Positions 18,063 through 26,936 of a stretch of DNA of 64,000 nt are shown here, in pieces. Made by a program: the position numbers and the translations under genes. Location of the stretch: assembly GCA_019752635.1 (NCBI GenBank), contig JAIELX010000059.1:63191-127190 (forward strand). The letters are read 5' to 3'. The notes beneath the pieces were generated by a model. It had not been told where the DNA came from. It worked only from the letters and a program-made list of their open reading frames with translations, and did no database searches. Within the stretch, counting starts at the first letter, position 1. Each line of letters opens with the position of its first letter. This DNA comes from Candidatus Obscuribacterales bacterium (lineage in GTDB: Bacteria > Cyanobacteriota > Vampirovibrionia > Obscuribacterales > Obscuribacteraceae).

Positions 18063-19670
18063 TCAACGACGATAAACATCGTCCGGATCGACTCGCCACA
18101 TTTTGCCGTCAGCCGACCTAACGTAGTTCATTGGTTTGGAGTCCTTCACTTCCCAGCCTGCCGCCCGCATCGCGGCGTCAAAGCATTTCACCTCCGAATA
18201 CGTTATTCCTCTTGGATCAGCGTACTCGAAAAATTCAATTTGTTTGGTTCCAGGTTTTTCGACTTTGAAGGGGGTTCGAAGGAAAGGACAATCAGGTCTT
18301 GGTTGTGCGGGGCCAATAACAACGATTTGCTTATCGGGAGTTAGCCATGCCTGGCGTCGAACGCCGACTCCGATTGGTACAGACCCGGTCGGTATGGCGC
18401 TGTCTAGTGCTGCAATCTCGGTTGGTTGCCATTTCGTCCAGGGCTCAGCGTAACAACCTAGTGACGATTCTATGGTCACGGGAGTTGTTTTTCCGCAACG
18501 TACGAACATACTGATGCTCGCTGCTGTTTCCGACGGAGTCGGCTTGAGATCAAACAAGAGAAAGTACTCGCTTCCTACTCTATCTTCTCCCATTGATCGA
18601 TAGTTCAACTTTGCTTCGGCGCCTGCAACAGATGGCGTGTTGACAATGGCCGAGCCGTCGCTTAGGAGTTTAATGCTGCCGCCGCCGCGAACGGAGACGA
18701 CTTCTGCCGTCACTTCGGCTGAGGGGGCTCGCAATTGGGGCTCCGCGGGGCTAGCCGCTTCAACTGTCGGCGCCGCAAGCCACTTTTCGACAGCAGCTGA
18801 AGGTGGTGCTTTGTCTGCCGAACCTCCTTTGTTCTCTCCCGTGGCTTGTGCTTGTGCGATCTTCTCCGGACCTAGCTTCGTTGCAGCCTCGGTCTTTGAT
18901 CCAAGCCTGTGTGAAAGGTCCGATTCGGCCGGCGTGGCAACGAAGCGCTTGCCTAGAGTCATCGTAGCGCCCAGCACTGCGAAATTGTAGACTGACTGCC
19001 CTACTTGCTTGAGTGATGCTCGTTGCCCGGTGTAGAGACGAGATGTTAGTTCTGCGTTGATTATGCCCGCTGGAATGCCTGCTAACATGGTGCTGCCAAT
19101 TTCGCTGCGTACTAGATTTGCCGCTAGCCCTTGGTGCGTCCGCATTACCGATTTGATGCCGATGGAGGTGCCGGTCAACGCACCGAATGTAATACCGCCG
19201 ATCAGAGCGTTCTTTGCTCTTGCTCCAAAAAAATTATTCTGCATCTGTTCTTCGGTCAAGGGGCGAAATAGCCCGTCGAACAGCATTCCTGTCGCCACAG
19301 ATTCTTGGATTGTTCTCTTTGTCAGGCAGGCGACTGGAGCGTTTTTCTCGAGCGTACCGCGCAGCTGATTGCCGCCGACTCCGACTATCTTATGGAGAAG
19401 CAGAAACGGTATCGCCATCCCTGCCATTGTTCCAAGTTGTTGAGCATGCCAACGCCCGTTGGACTGTGCCTCGGTCGGCGCAGACATAAATTGGACAGTC
19501 TTTTGTAGATCCGTATCCAATGTCTTGTCGATGACTTGCGCTGCGCCGAGCAAAGGTGCTTGTAACCCGCCCCATACCGCTGAGCGGGCAAATTCTTCCG
19601 CCAGGGTTTGGCTGTGGGAATCCAGGAGATTCGACGGTGCGGTGGTTAGGCTGATCTTTTCCGGATGCAT
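18063..19670 (-). CDS. 535-aa protein: Gly/Ala-rich hydrophobic N-terminal region, linker, C-terminal minimal kinase-like domain
   Basis: Several amphipathic/hydrophobic helices in aa 25-240. The C-terminus has IGVGVRRQAW (Gly loop), FFEY (hinge), DSKPMNY (catalytic loop) and RVDPD. Confidence 0.75.
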   Translation of the reverse strand: MHPEKISLTTAPSNLLDSHSQTLAEEFARSAVWGGLQAPLLGAAQVIDKTLDTDLQKTVQFMSAPTEAQSNGRWHAQQLGTMAGMAIPFLLLHKIVGVGGNQLRGTLEKNAPVACLTKRTIQESVATGMLFDGLFRPLTEEQMQNNFFGARAKNALIGGITFGALTGTSIGIKSVMRTHQGLAANLVRSEIGSTMLAGIPAGIINAELTSRLYTGQRASLKQVGQSVYNFAVLGATMTLGKRFVATPAESDLSHRLGSKTEAATKLGPEKIAQAQATGENKGGSADKAPPSAAVEKWLAAPTVEAASPAEPQLRAPSAEVTAEVVSVRGGGSIKLLSDGSAIVNTPSVAGAEAKLNYRSMGEDRVGSEYFLLFDLKPTPSETAASISMFVRCGKTTPVTIESSLGCYAEPWTKWQPTEIAALDSAIPTGSVPIGVGVRRQAWLTPDKQIVVIGPAQPRPDCPFLRTPFKVEKPGTKQIEFFEYADPRGITYSEVKCFDAAMRAAGWEVKDSKPMNYVRSADGKMWRVDPDDVYRR

Positions 19671-19948
19671 GGGCGTGTGTGGGCGCTACGCGGACCATCG
19701 TACGGGGATGAGGGACCGATGTCATTGGTGGTTGTCCCATCGCCGTGGGATGGTTGCGTCGCGAAAATTTCCGGGGGCGTCCGCTCTGCCGGGCTCCGTC
19801 GAGCCAAATCTCCGCGGCCGCCAATTCCGGACCTTCCGCTTTGCCGGGGCGGCGCATCAGAACTTTCGGCGCTGGGACTCCGGGGCCTCATTCGCGATTT
19901 AACCGCGTTACAACGGTCAGCTGCGGGTACTACAGTTGAAGGTTTGTA

Positions 19949-20020
19949 TGGGTCATCCGTGATTCGAACACGGAACCAATTGCTTAAGAGGCAACTGCTC
20001 TACCGTTGAGCTAATGACCC
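19949..20020 (-). tRNA. tRNA-Lys(CTT)
   Basis: Reverse complement GGGTCATTAGCTCAACGGTAGAGCAGTTGCCTCTTAAGCAATTGGTTCCGTGTTCGAATCACGGATGACCCA folds as a cloverleaf with anticodon CTT. CCA is not encoded. Confidence 0.95.
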
Positions 20021-20039
20021 GTTGGGACTCTATTATAAC

Positions 20040-20112
20040 CACGCCCGGCTGGATTCGAACCAGCGACCCTCCGCTTAGAAGGCGGATGCTCTATCCACTG
20101 AGCTACGGGCGC
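20040..20112 (-). tRNA. tRNA-Arg(TCT)
   Basis: Reverse complement GCGCCCGTAGCTCAGTGGATAGAGCATCCGCCTTCTAAGCGGAGGGTCGCTGGTTCGAATCCAGCCGGGCGTG, anticodon TCT. CCA is not encoded. Confidence 0.95.
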
Positions 20113-20218
20113 CCGTATTTCAGACGGTATATTCTATCGTTTTTCCGCCGATCGTCATCCGAGTTATTGCCAGAACTTGGCCGGAAGATGGAAAATAATC
20201 CCCGGAGGGACGCACACA

Positions 20219-21106
20219 ATGCCCGAACAGCTTAGCGAAGATGACTTTACAGAGCGTTTCACGGACAAAATCCGTGATTACCATTTGGCTCCAGCCTGGA
20301 ACGAGCCGTTGGTTTTGCACCTTCATTACGGTTCCGATGAGCCGGTTCTGACAATTTCGCTTCGCGCTGCGTACGAGTCATATAAGGAAGATCCGCTTCG
20401 TCTTGACGAAGTGATGGAACCCTTCGTGCGAGACCTCGGGTGGACGGTTCAGTCGCCCAGGCTTCCCTCTAAAGAAATTTATGAGCAAACGTTACCGGTG
20501 CTCCGCAACTTCATTGCCGAGCCGCCTACGGCAAGTGAGGTAGATGCTGGCCCTTCAGGACACAAAGGACCGATTGTCTTTGAAGATTTGCTGCGTAGCC
20601 AGAGCGAGTATGTAGTGATTCAATTCGAGTTGCCACGAGAGGGAGAGACTGTGCCTCTGCGTCGCGGGGATATTATTCCGTGCAGTCCGGATTCCAAGAT
20701 CATCAACAAGCTTGCGTTGAACAACCTCGCTCTCATGGTTCAGAAGCACGGCTTGACTGCCACGCCGCTCAAGTTTGAGAGTCTGTCGCTTCGAGCATTT
20801 ATGATTGGCTTGGGCGGAGATCCCCTTCCGGAGCAGGTTCCGGCGATGATCTGCGTGCCTGAGATAATGAGATCACTTGACGAGTCGCTGCAGGGAAATG
20901 GTGGATTGATTGCGATTCTGCCGGCGAAGGATCAGCTGATAGTTAGCATTGATACTGAGGATACGGCCGTTTGCGAGCTGGGCGTCTTGGCGCAGCAACT
21001 GAAGGAGCGCGCTCCTAACAAACTGAGTTCGTATGTCTGGAGTTTCAAAGATGGTGTGCTAAGCGGAGTGCAGGCCATCGAGCTCGAAGAAGAAAATTTG
21101 AATTAG
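20219..21106 (+). CDS. Hypothetical protein (possibly DUF1444/YtpQ-like)
   Basis: ATG at 20219 has a GGAGGG RBS. The segments ISLRAAYESYKEDP, ALNNL and IAILPAKDQLIV loosely recall DUF1444. Confidence 0.7.
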   Translation: MPEQLSEDDFTERFTDKIRDYHLAPAWNEPLVLHLHYGSDEPVLTISLRAAYESYKEDPLRLDEVMEPFVRDLGWTVQSPRLPSKEIYEQTLPVLRNFIAEPPTASEVDAGPSGHKGPIVFEDLLRSQSEYVVIQFELPREGETVPLRRGDIIPCSPDSKIINKLALNNLALMVQKHGLTATPLKFESLSLRAFMIGLGGDPLPEQVPAMICVPEIMRSLDESLQGNGGLIAILPAKDQLIVSIDTEDTAVCELGVLAQQLKERAPNKLSSYVWSFKDGVLSGVQAIELEEENLN

Positions 21107-21421
21107 GTTAGACCGCCATTAGCACATCGGCGCTAGCGCTTTGCTAGTCCGGGCTGAAACGCACCGACCTGCAGACTGCTATGATGGCAAGCGCTGTAAG
21201 CTAAGGCGTCTCTTGTATATAGATCAAAGAACTTGCGCTTGTTCGCGACTGCAATTGGCTGCAAGGGGCCAAATCTGTATCAACCTTAATCAAGATACTG
21301 GCGTTGAATCTTAATAATTCGAAAACTGAACTAATAGGGTTCTTAACCGGTCCTTAAACTCTTGGATCAAAGATCGTTTCATCTGGCTTTCTATCACTAC
21401 TTTTTCGGTTGAAAATAGATT

Positions 21422-21559
21422 ATGGCGCTCGTCATATCCCTCACACTCTGCTTCATCTTAATATTGGCAATACTGGGTGTCATGATGCCTGACGCCGTGC
21501 TGCCAACGCTCAAGCGGCTTTGGGAGAAACAGACTTTCTACTGGAAGCAAGGTGATTAG
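21422..21559 (+). CDS. Small 45-aa single-pass membrane protein (below the ORF-track cutoff)
   Basis: MALVISLTLCFILILAILGVMMPDAVLPTLKRLWEKQTFYWKQGD*: a clean TM helix followed by a basic/aromatic tail. Confidence 0.5.
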   Translation: MALVISLTLCFILILAILGVMMPDAVLPTLKRLWEKQTFYWKQGD

Positions 21560-21630
21560 GACTTAATTTGCCGGAAGTCAAGCGCGCGTGGAGAATAACT
21601 CCGTAGTTCGGTATTCTTGGCGGATGAGTT

Positions 21631-21813
21631 ATGGCTGCAGGCGTAGGACTGTTTTTCATAGATTTTATTGCGCGTCCTTTCGCGAAAATTTTTGAAAAAA
21701 TGCCGATGTTGATGTTCCTAATTCTTGTCGTGTTCTACGGCATCATCGCGTATATCCTCTTCAAGTCTGCTTGGAATAAGCAAGAGATCGAACAGGAAGG
21801 TCGCCCGTATTGA
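21631..21813 (+). CDS. Small 60-aa membrane protein
   Basis: Hydrophobic segments and a charged C-terminal tail. Confidence 0.55.
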   Translation: MAAGVGLFFIDFIARPFAKIFEKMPMLMFLILVVFYGIIAYILFKSAWNKQEIEQEGRPY

Positions 21814-22060
21814 GGTGCTTGGAACGGCTCTGCGCTGTCGAGGCGGAGTTTCTTTAAGCGACGTGCTGTTACATGGAATCTTTCTTGAAGCTGCTGTGAA
21901 CGCCGTGCACCGTGCGCTCTGTTATTGTGCTCTGCCGAGCGTTAGGCGAAGCTGCGCAAGCCCCGAGGGGCGGCTGCAATCGCTTGACGTTCAGATGTGG
22001 CGGCCGCTTCGGCTGGAGAGACTCGTTGTCGACACCGGATTTGTTGCCATCTCTGCGATG

Positions 22061-22561
22061 CTAGTGATGTCCCGAGGCACTTGGCTCTACTTCTTTTACA
22101 GACAGTAAGCGTAACTGAAGTCGCTCTGAGTAGAGGTCTACGAGTCCAAGATATTGTTCAATGAAATTACGGGTCGTGTGCGGTTGCACTGTACCTTCGA
22201 ACGTGTAGGTCCCCTTGTCCAGTGGCTTTCCATTGATATCGAAGGTTTGATACTCCATTGTGATCTCGTGGATGGGTACGTTGTTGTAGTTGGTTACTTT
22301 TACCCATGCTACCGGCGAGTTTATAACCCAGAGCCCTGAAATATGCCAATCAATCAGCTCCAGCCGCGTGTTTGCAGATGCCACATGACTTTCTTGCCGA
22401 AAGCCGGCAATGGCAAATTGCATTGAAATGCACAAGAGTACAACGACTGAAGCAGCTGCAACATAGTAGAGCCCTCGGCCATTTCGACGCGAACTCTGAT
22501 TCCTCAATATCGACTCGTTCGCCAATAACGACTTGCAGCTTCGCTCGAGCTGAGTAATCAT
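22061..22561 (-). CDS. Membrane-anchored FxLYD-like Ig-fold protein
   Basis: One TM segment, then VKVTNYNNVPIHEITMEYQTFDINGKPL...VQPHTTRNF. Confidence 0.65.
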   Translation of the reverse strand: MITQLERSCKSLLANESILRNQSSRRNGRGLYYVAAASVVVLLCISMQFAIAGFRQESHVASANTRLELIDWHISGLWVINSPVAWVKVTNYNNVPIHEITMEYQTFDINGKPLDKGTYTFEGTVQPHTTRNFIEQYLGLVDLYSERLQLRLLSVKEVEPSASGHH

Positions 22562-22794
22562 TGTTAGATCCTCTTACGGCTTAAACCATCGGGCCGAACC
22601 AGCCCATGTTTGCCCCAATTCCAAGTACGACGAGAAGCGCAAATATCACGAAGAGCGCAAAGAACCCAAATTCGCCATCAGCCAACATGAGCTTTTACCT
22701 TAAACTCCGAGATGAGTGCCGTAGGTCTTGTGAACCCGCCTCCTAACATCCTATAACATCTGCCGAAATACTCAATATATGTGTGCTGTTTGTT

Positions 22795-23853
22795 ATGACA
22801 GAGTTTCATTCTTCTAAACACAAATCCGATTTCACCCGCTCGGTAGCGACCAGCTTTGAGCCTCACCCGCTTCTTAAGAGCGGGCACATGATGACGATTC
22901 TGCCGACCCTGTTACCTCGCTCCTTCCAAAAATTCCGCAAGAAAGCGGTGAAGAGAATCTTCCAAGTCGAAGAGCACACGGGGCTTTTAGCGTATTGCCA
23001 CTTCCATGACAAGGCGAAGGAAAAATTCACCGCCATACTTCTGCACGGTCTGGAAGGGTCAAGCGAGTCGACCACCATGTTGGGCATTGCTGAAAAAGCG
23101 TTTAACAACGGAATGAATGTTATCCGGCTTAACATGCGAAATTGCGGCGGATCGATGCACCTGACCCCCACACTCTACAACGCGGGGTTGGCCAGCGACG
23201 TAGTTGCGGTTTGTCGCGAACTTTTTGAGCGCGACGGATTCAAACATTTGGTGCTTGCCGGCTATTCTCTTGGGGGCAATATCGTGCTGAACGCATCGGT
23301 GGAAGGCCGGTTTCTGGACGCTATAAAAGCGGTAGTGGCAGTTTCGCCGTCCGTCGATTTGCATCTATGTATTGAAGCGATAGAGCGCGCAGAAAATCGT
23401 GTTTATCATCACTGGTTCCTGCGAACCTTGAAGCAGAAAGTTGCGATGAAGGCTGTCGCGCATCCGGAACTCTATGATCTGTCGATGTTGCATACGGTGA
23501 GATCCATAAGAGATTTTGATTCGTTATACACTGCACCATCTGGCGGCTATGGAACGGCTGACAACTATTATTCAACGGCCAGCGCTTACAGGGTTTTCCC
23601 TCAGATATCCGTTCCCGCCTTAATCATCGCCGCGAAAGATGATCCGATTGTTCCCTTTGAATCATTTCACGTTGACCGCCTTGCCAATGATCACTTGCAG
23701 TTACTTGCCACCGCCCATGGAGGTCATGGTGGATTTTTGCAATCGAAAAAAGAGGCGCGTCCCTGGTTTGATGAGCATTGGGCCGAGAATCGAGTGGTGC
23801 AGTTCTTCGGAGAAGTCATTAGTAATCACGAGCAACTCGATCGACACGAGTAA
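22795..23853 (+). CDS. YheT-family alpha/beta hydrolase
   Basis: GHMMTI, LLHGLEGSS, NMRNCGG, GYSLGGN nucleophile, AKDDPIV, HGGHGGF. Confidence 0.9.
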   Translation: MTEFHSSKHKSDFTRSVATSFEPHPLLKSGHMMTILPTLLPRSFQKFRKKAVKRIFQVEEHTGLLAYCHFHDKAKEKFTAILLHGLEGSSESTTMLGIAEKAFNNGMNVIRLNMRNCGGSMHLTPTLYNAGLASDVVAVCRELFERDGFKHLVLAGYSLGGNIVLNASVEGRFLDAIKAVVAVSPSVDLHLCIEAIERAENRVYHHWFLRTLKQKVAMKAVAHPELYDLSMLHTVRSIRDFDSLYTAPSGGYGTADNYYSTASAYRVFPQISVPALIIAAKDDPIVPFESFHVDRLANDHLQLLATAHGGHGGFLQSKKEARPWFDEHWAENRVVQFFGEVISNHEQLDRHE

Positions 23854-24024
23854 CCGAAATGCCCGTCCTGTCAAGTCTAGTGTGAAGCGTGCACGCCGAA
23901 TTGGTTCGCAAATTCTGCGCACAAAATCGAAAGTTTGAAGTAGGATGATATCGATTACTATTGTTTGAATGAGCAAATTCCGTGGCAAGATTTGCAAGGA
24001 AGCTCAGAGGTGAGGAGGACGGTT

Positions 24025-24441
24025 GTGAAGAGAACTGAACTAGCTGCGGCAGTTGCGGCTTTGGTCATGAGTTTTGGCGTGGTAGCACCTGCGATGGCAG
24101 CTGACGGCGACGCACTTGATAACGTTGTCGGTGCATCAATGTGGCCTGTCAGAATTAGCGCAGTCGGAGCCGGCACTGTAGTCGGCACTCCAGTAGCTGC
24201 AGTACGTCAGACTGTGAAAGCTTACAGAGATTGGACACCAGCTTTGGCAGACAAGGTTGGCGGAAAGGATTTCGGACCGAGCTGCGGATTAGTCAGCCTC
24301 GTTACGCTTCCGGCTGCCGTAGTCTGGGGCGGAGTTACCGGACCGTATTATGGAACCAAAAATGGTTTCGTCCATGGCTTCAACGAGCCTTTCACCCACC
24401 AATCGTTCAGCATGGGTGACGACTACGCCGGCAAAGAGTAG
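24025..24441 (+). CDS. Secreted/membrane hypothetical protein
   Basis: GTG at 24025 after GAGGAGG. Signal peptide ending APAMA, followed by two Gly-rich hydrophobic segments. Confidence 0.75.
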   Translation: MKRTELAAAVAALVMSFGVVAPAMAADGDALDNVVGASMWPVRISAVGAGTVVGTPVAAVRQTVKAYRDWTPALADKVGGKDFGPSCGLVSLVTLPAAVVWGGVTGPYYGTKNGFVHGFNEPFTHQSFSMGDDYAGKE

Positions 24442-24483
24442 TGTTATCCACTATCGACTGACAGACTAACGTCTATTTACGAT

Positions 24484-24530
24484 TCACCCAATCCCGTTTA
24501 TGCTGATAAATGGGGTTGGGTGAGTTGTTT
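24484..24530 (+). terminator. Rho-independent terminator
   Basis: tcacccaatcccgtttat-gctg-ataaatggggttgggtga hairpin followed by gttgttttt. Confidence 0.7.
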
Positions 24531-24546
24531 TATCGGAATCTAAGTC

Positions 24547-24795
24547 ATGAATACAACACAAGTGTCTCTCGATTCTTGGATTGAGCGCGTCCGCGGTGCG
24601 GCAAGCGCAGAAAACTTATGGGTCATTCTGGACGAGTTTCGCGCTGTTGAATGGACGGACCAGGAACGCGCAAAGATGTCTCACGCCTATATGCAACGTC
24701 TGGCTTCTATTCTTCGTGCGGCAAACGTCGGCAGCGGGAAAAAGAACGCGCCGGCTCCGGCCACCGATGGTCCGGTCTGGTACGAAAAAATGTAG
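24547..24795 (+). CDS. Hypothetical 82-aa protein
   Basis: ATG-started compact ORF ending GPVWYEKM. Confidence 0.65.
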   Translation: MNTTQVSLDSWIERVRGAASAENLWVILDEFRAVEWTDQERAKMSHAYMQRLASILRAANVGSGKKNAPAPATDGPVWYEKM

Positions 24796-24951
24796 TCGCA
24801 AATATAGAGCCATCGGCGAAGTTAGTGTCGCCGTGGCGCCCCGATCGGTATGTATTGCCGGTTGCTGGGGTTCAAACGCAGTGATGGCGGGAAGAATACT
24901 CGTGTAGGACCGCCACTGACGGATTTTGCCGTCTTTAGCACTCGGGGGCGC

Positions 24952-26760
24952 ATGGAAGAGATAGTCTCTCCCTCCAACTCGAAACGCTCAACCATTTTGC
25001 TGGCGACGCGCGAAGCCCTGTCGTTAGTCACTCTGTGCGTCGCGGCAGTATTCTTTTTCGTTATGGCTTACGGCTTTTATACCTATTGCAAGTGGAGTAT
25101 TCCATTGGCACTTTCGCTTGCTTCTGCCGTCGCATGCGTGATTCCGTTAGTTCTTTTCTTTCCTGAACGATTAGCTCTGTTGCTCCGCTATTGCGGTGGT
25201 TTGCGCACTGCGGAATGGATACTACGCCGGTCGCTCAGCACGTGGCAGTCTATTGCTGGTCAAAGCGGTCCGGGCACTACCGGGAAAATGTCTTCGCTTG
25301 CTCAGTTCCTGATCGAAACCGGCAGAGCGCAGGAGGCGGAAAACCTGTACGCGATTGTCTTGCAGCGGTTGTCGACCGGGGGGTGGAAGTATCCCGGGCG
25401 TGCTGAAGCTTCGCTGAACTCTTACAGTTTGTTCTTGCGAGAACAAAAGCGTGAGGAGGAATGTGCCGGTGTAACAGTTGCGCTTTCCCGACTGCGAAAA
25501 CAGAGTTTGGGTCCGAAGATTGCACTTCTTTTGATACCATTGCCGGTCGTTGTCTATCTCTCCTGTACCGAGGTACTAGTGAGGGCCATCGCAGTTGAAT
25601 TGAGTCAAGACCATACATCAGCGGTGCGTAACTATGTAAAAATTTTGGCTACGGGTGACTCTTGCTTCTTTGGTGCGGGGACCGGCGCCAGAGTCTACAG
25701 CGATTACGCAAGCAGCTTGTATGACTCACCGTTTCACCAGAGCACGGTTCTATCATTTGCGCGTGCGGGTTTGGTTCAACTAGGCGATAAGTCCCCGTAT
25801 CTCTCTTCGAAGCTGCACACAATTATTGGCACCGTGCAAATGCACCAGGGCGAGGACAAGAAGGCGGTTGAATCGCTTCGTACTGCGGTGGAACTCGGGC
25901 TTTTGCCTGCGCAGTTTGATCGCTATGACAATAATGATCACGAACGACGTCATCTTATCAATGCGATGACGTGGCTCGGAGATTTGGAGTTGCAGCGCGG
26001 CAACTCGTCCGGAGCCGAGTCGATGTATGCGAACGCCATGCGTAGACTGGAAAAATTGAATGCATCGAAGAGTGATGAGTATCTGGGTTTGCTTGATCGA
26101 TTCAGCGCATTGAAGTCTTCGCAGGGCGCGTTTACAAAGGCGGCCGCAGCCAAGAAAGACATATGCGATATCCTCGAGTCTCGGCTGATCGGCGTTACTG
26201 CATCGAACATGACAGCGGACGAGATTGAACAGCATCGACGATTTACTCGCGAGATGGAAGCTTGTAGCGTTTTGCTGAAGCAATCCGGGCAGTTGCATGA
26301 CGCCGGTACGCTGGCCCGCAGGGCTGAGGAATTGCGAACTCAACGAGTTCGACCTCTCTTGCTGAATTCGCAGCAGCAAATGGAAATTGTTGATGCCACC
26401 ACCCGCGCAACCGAGCACCTTCTTTCGGTCAAGTACAAATCGGCCGGCTGGCAGAAAAATTTGGATTTATTGATGGCATCCGACATGAAAAGCAATCGCG
26501 CCCGCGGGACCTTGGACGGCTTGTCATGGCTCTCTCCTCGGACTAACGATAATGCAATGTACGTGCGGAGAATCGAAATCGATATGCAACCGATGAAAGT
26601 GCGAAACTTTCGGGAACCGAATACGCTGGCAGTTGATGTTACTGGCACGGTGCGTATTCAACGGCGAAGCGGTGCAGACGACGAACCTTTTGCCTTTGCC
26701 TATCTACTCAAACGAAGTGGTCAGGGCCCCCCGGTAATCGAAGGTGTCGCCGAAAATTGA
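24952..26760 (+). CDS. Membrane protein with TPR repeats
   Basis: N-terminal TM helices. TPR-like LAQFLIETGRAQEAENLY, IGTVQMHQGEDKKAVESLRTA, LGDLELQRGNSSGAESMY. The start may lie upstream (24850). Confidence 0.8.
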   Translation: MEEIVSPSNSKRSTILLATREALSLVTLCVAAVFFFVMAYGFYTYCKWSIPLALSLASAVACVIPLVLFFPERLALLLRYCGGLRTAEWILRRSLSTWQSIAGQSGPGTTGKMSSLAQFLIETGRAQEAENLYAIVLQRLSTGGWKYPGRAEASLNSYSLFLREQKREEECAGVTVALSRLRKQSLGPKIALLLIPLPVVVYLSCTEVLVRAIAVELSQDHTSAVRNYVKILATGDSCFFGAGTGARVYSDYASSLYDSPFHQSTVLSFARAGLVQLGDKSPYLSSKLHTIIGTVQMHQGEDKKAVESLRTAVELGLLPAQFDRYDNNDHERRHLINAMTWLGDLELQRGNSSGAESMYANAMRRLEKLNASKSDEYLGLLDRFSALKSSQGAFTKAAAAKKDICDILESRLIGVTASNMTADEIEQHRRFTREMEACSVLLKQSGQLHDAGTLARRAEELRTQRVRPLLLNSQQQMEIVDATTRATEHLLSVKYKSAGWQKNLDLLMASDMKSNRARGTLDGLSWLSPRTNDNAMYVRRIEIDMQPMKVRNFREPNTLAVDVTGTVRIQRRSGADDEPFAFAYLLKRSGQGPPVIEGVAEN

Positions 26761-26936
26761 AGGTTTGATGAAGGCTTGAGATGCTCGATTTAACTACTAT
26801 CTCGGGTGGTTTTCCAGCGATGTGACCTGTATAATGTGGGCATAAGGTGTCGAGAAATCGGGGCTGCACCCTGGTCTGGCGAACCTCTGGAGATCGTCTT
26901 GTTCTGTAGAAGATTCACAATAAGGTAAGATCTTCG

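Noticed and set aside
19949..20112. tRNA-anchored prophage or integrative island
   Set aside because: No integrase, phage gene or duplicated tRNA 3' end (att site) was seen in the window.
21725..22108. 127-aa plus-strand ORF and the many other antisense or overlapping ORFs in the track
   Set aside because: They overlap better-supported genes, lack an RBS or motifs, and have shadow-ORF composition.
26840..26900. Possible ion-sensing riboswitch (nhaA-I-like) upstream of sulP
   Set aside because: The resemblance is only loose (ggtg...ctggtc) and the conserved core could not be matched by eye. An Rfam cmscan would be needed.
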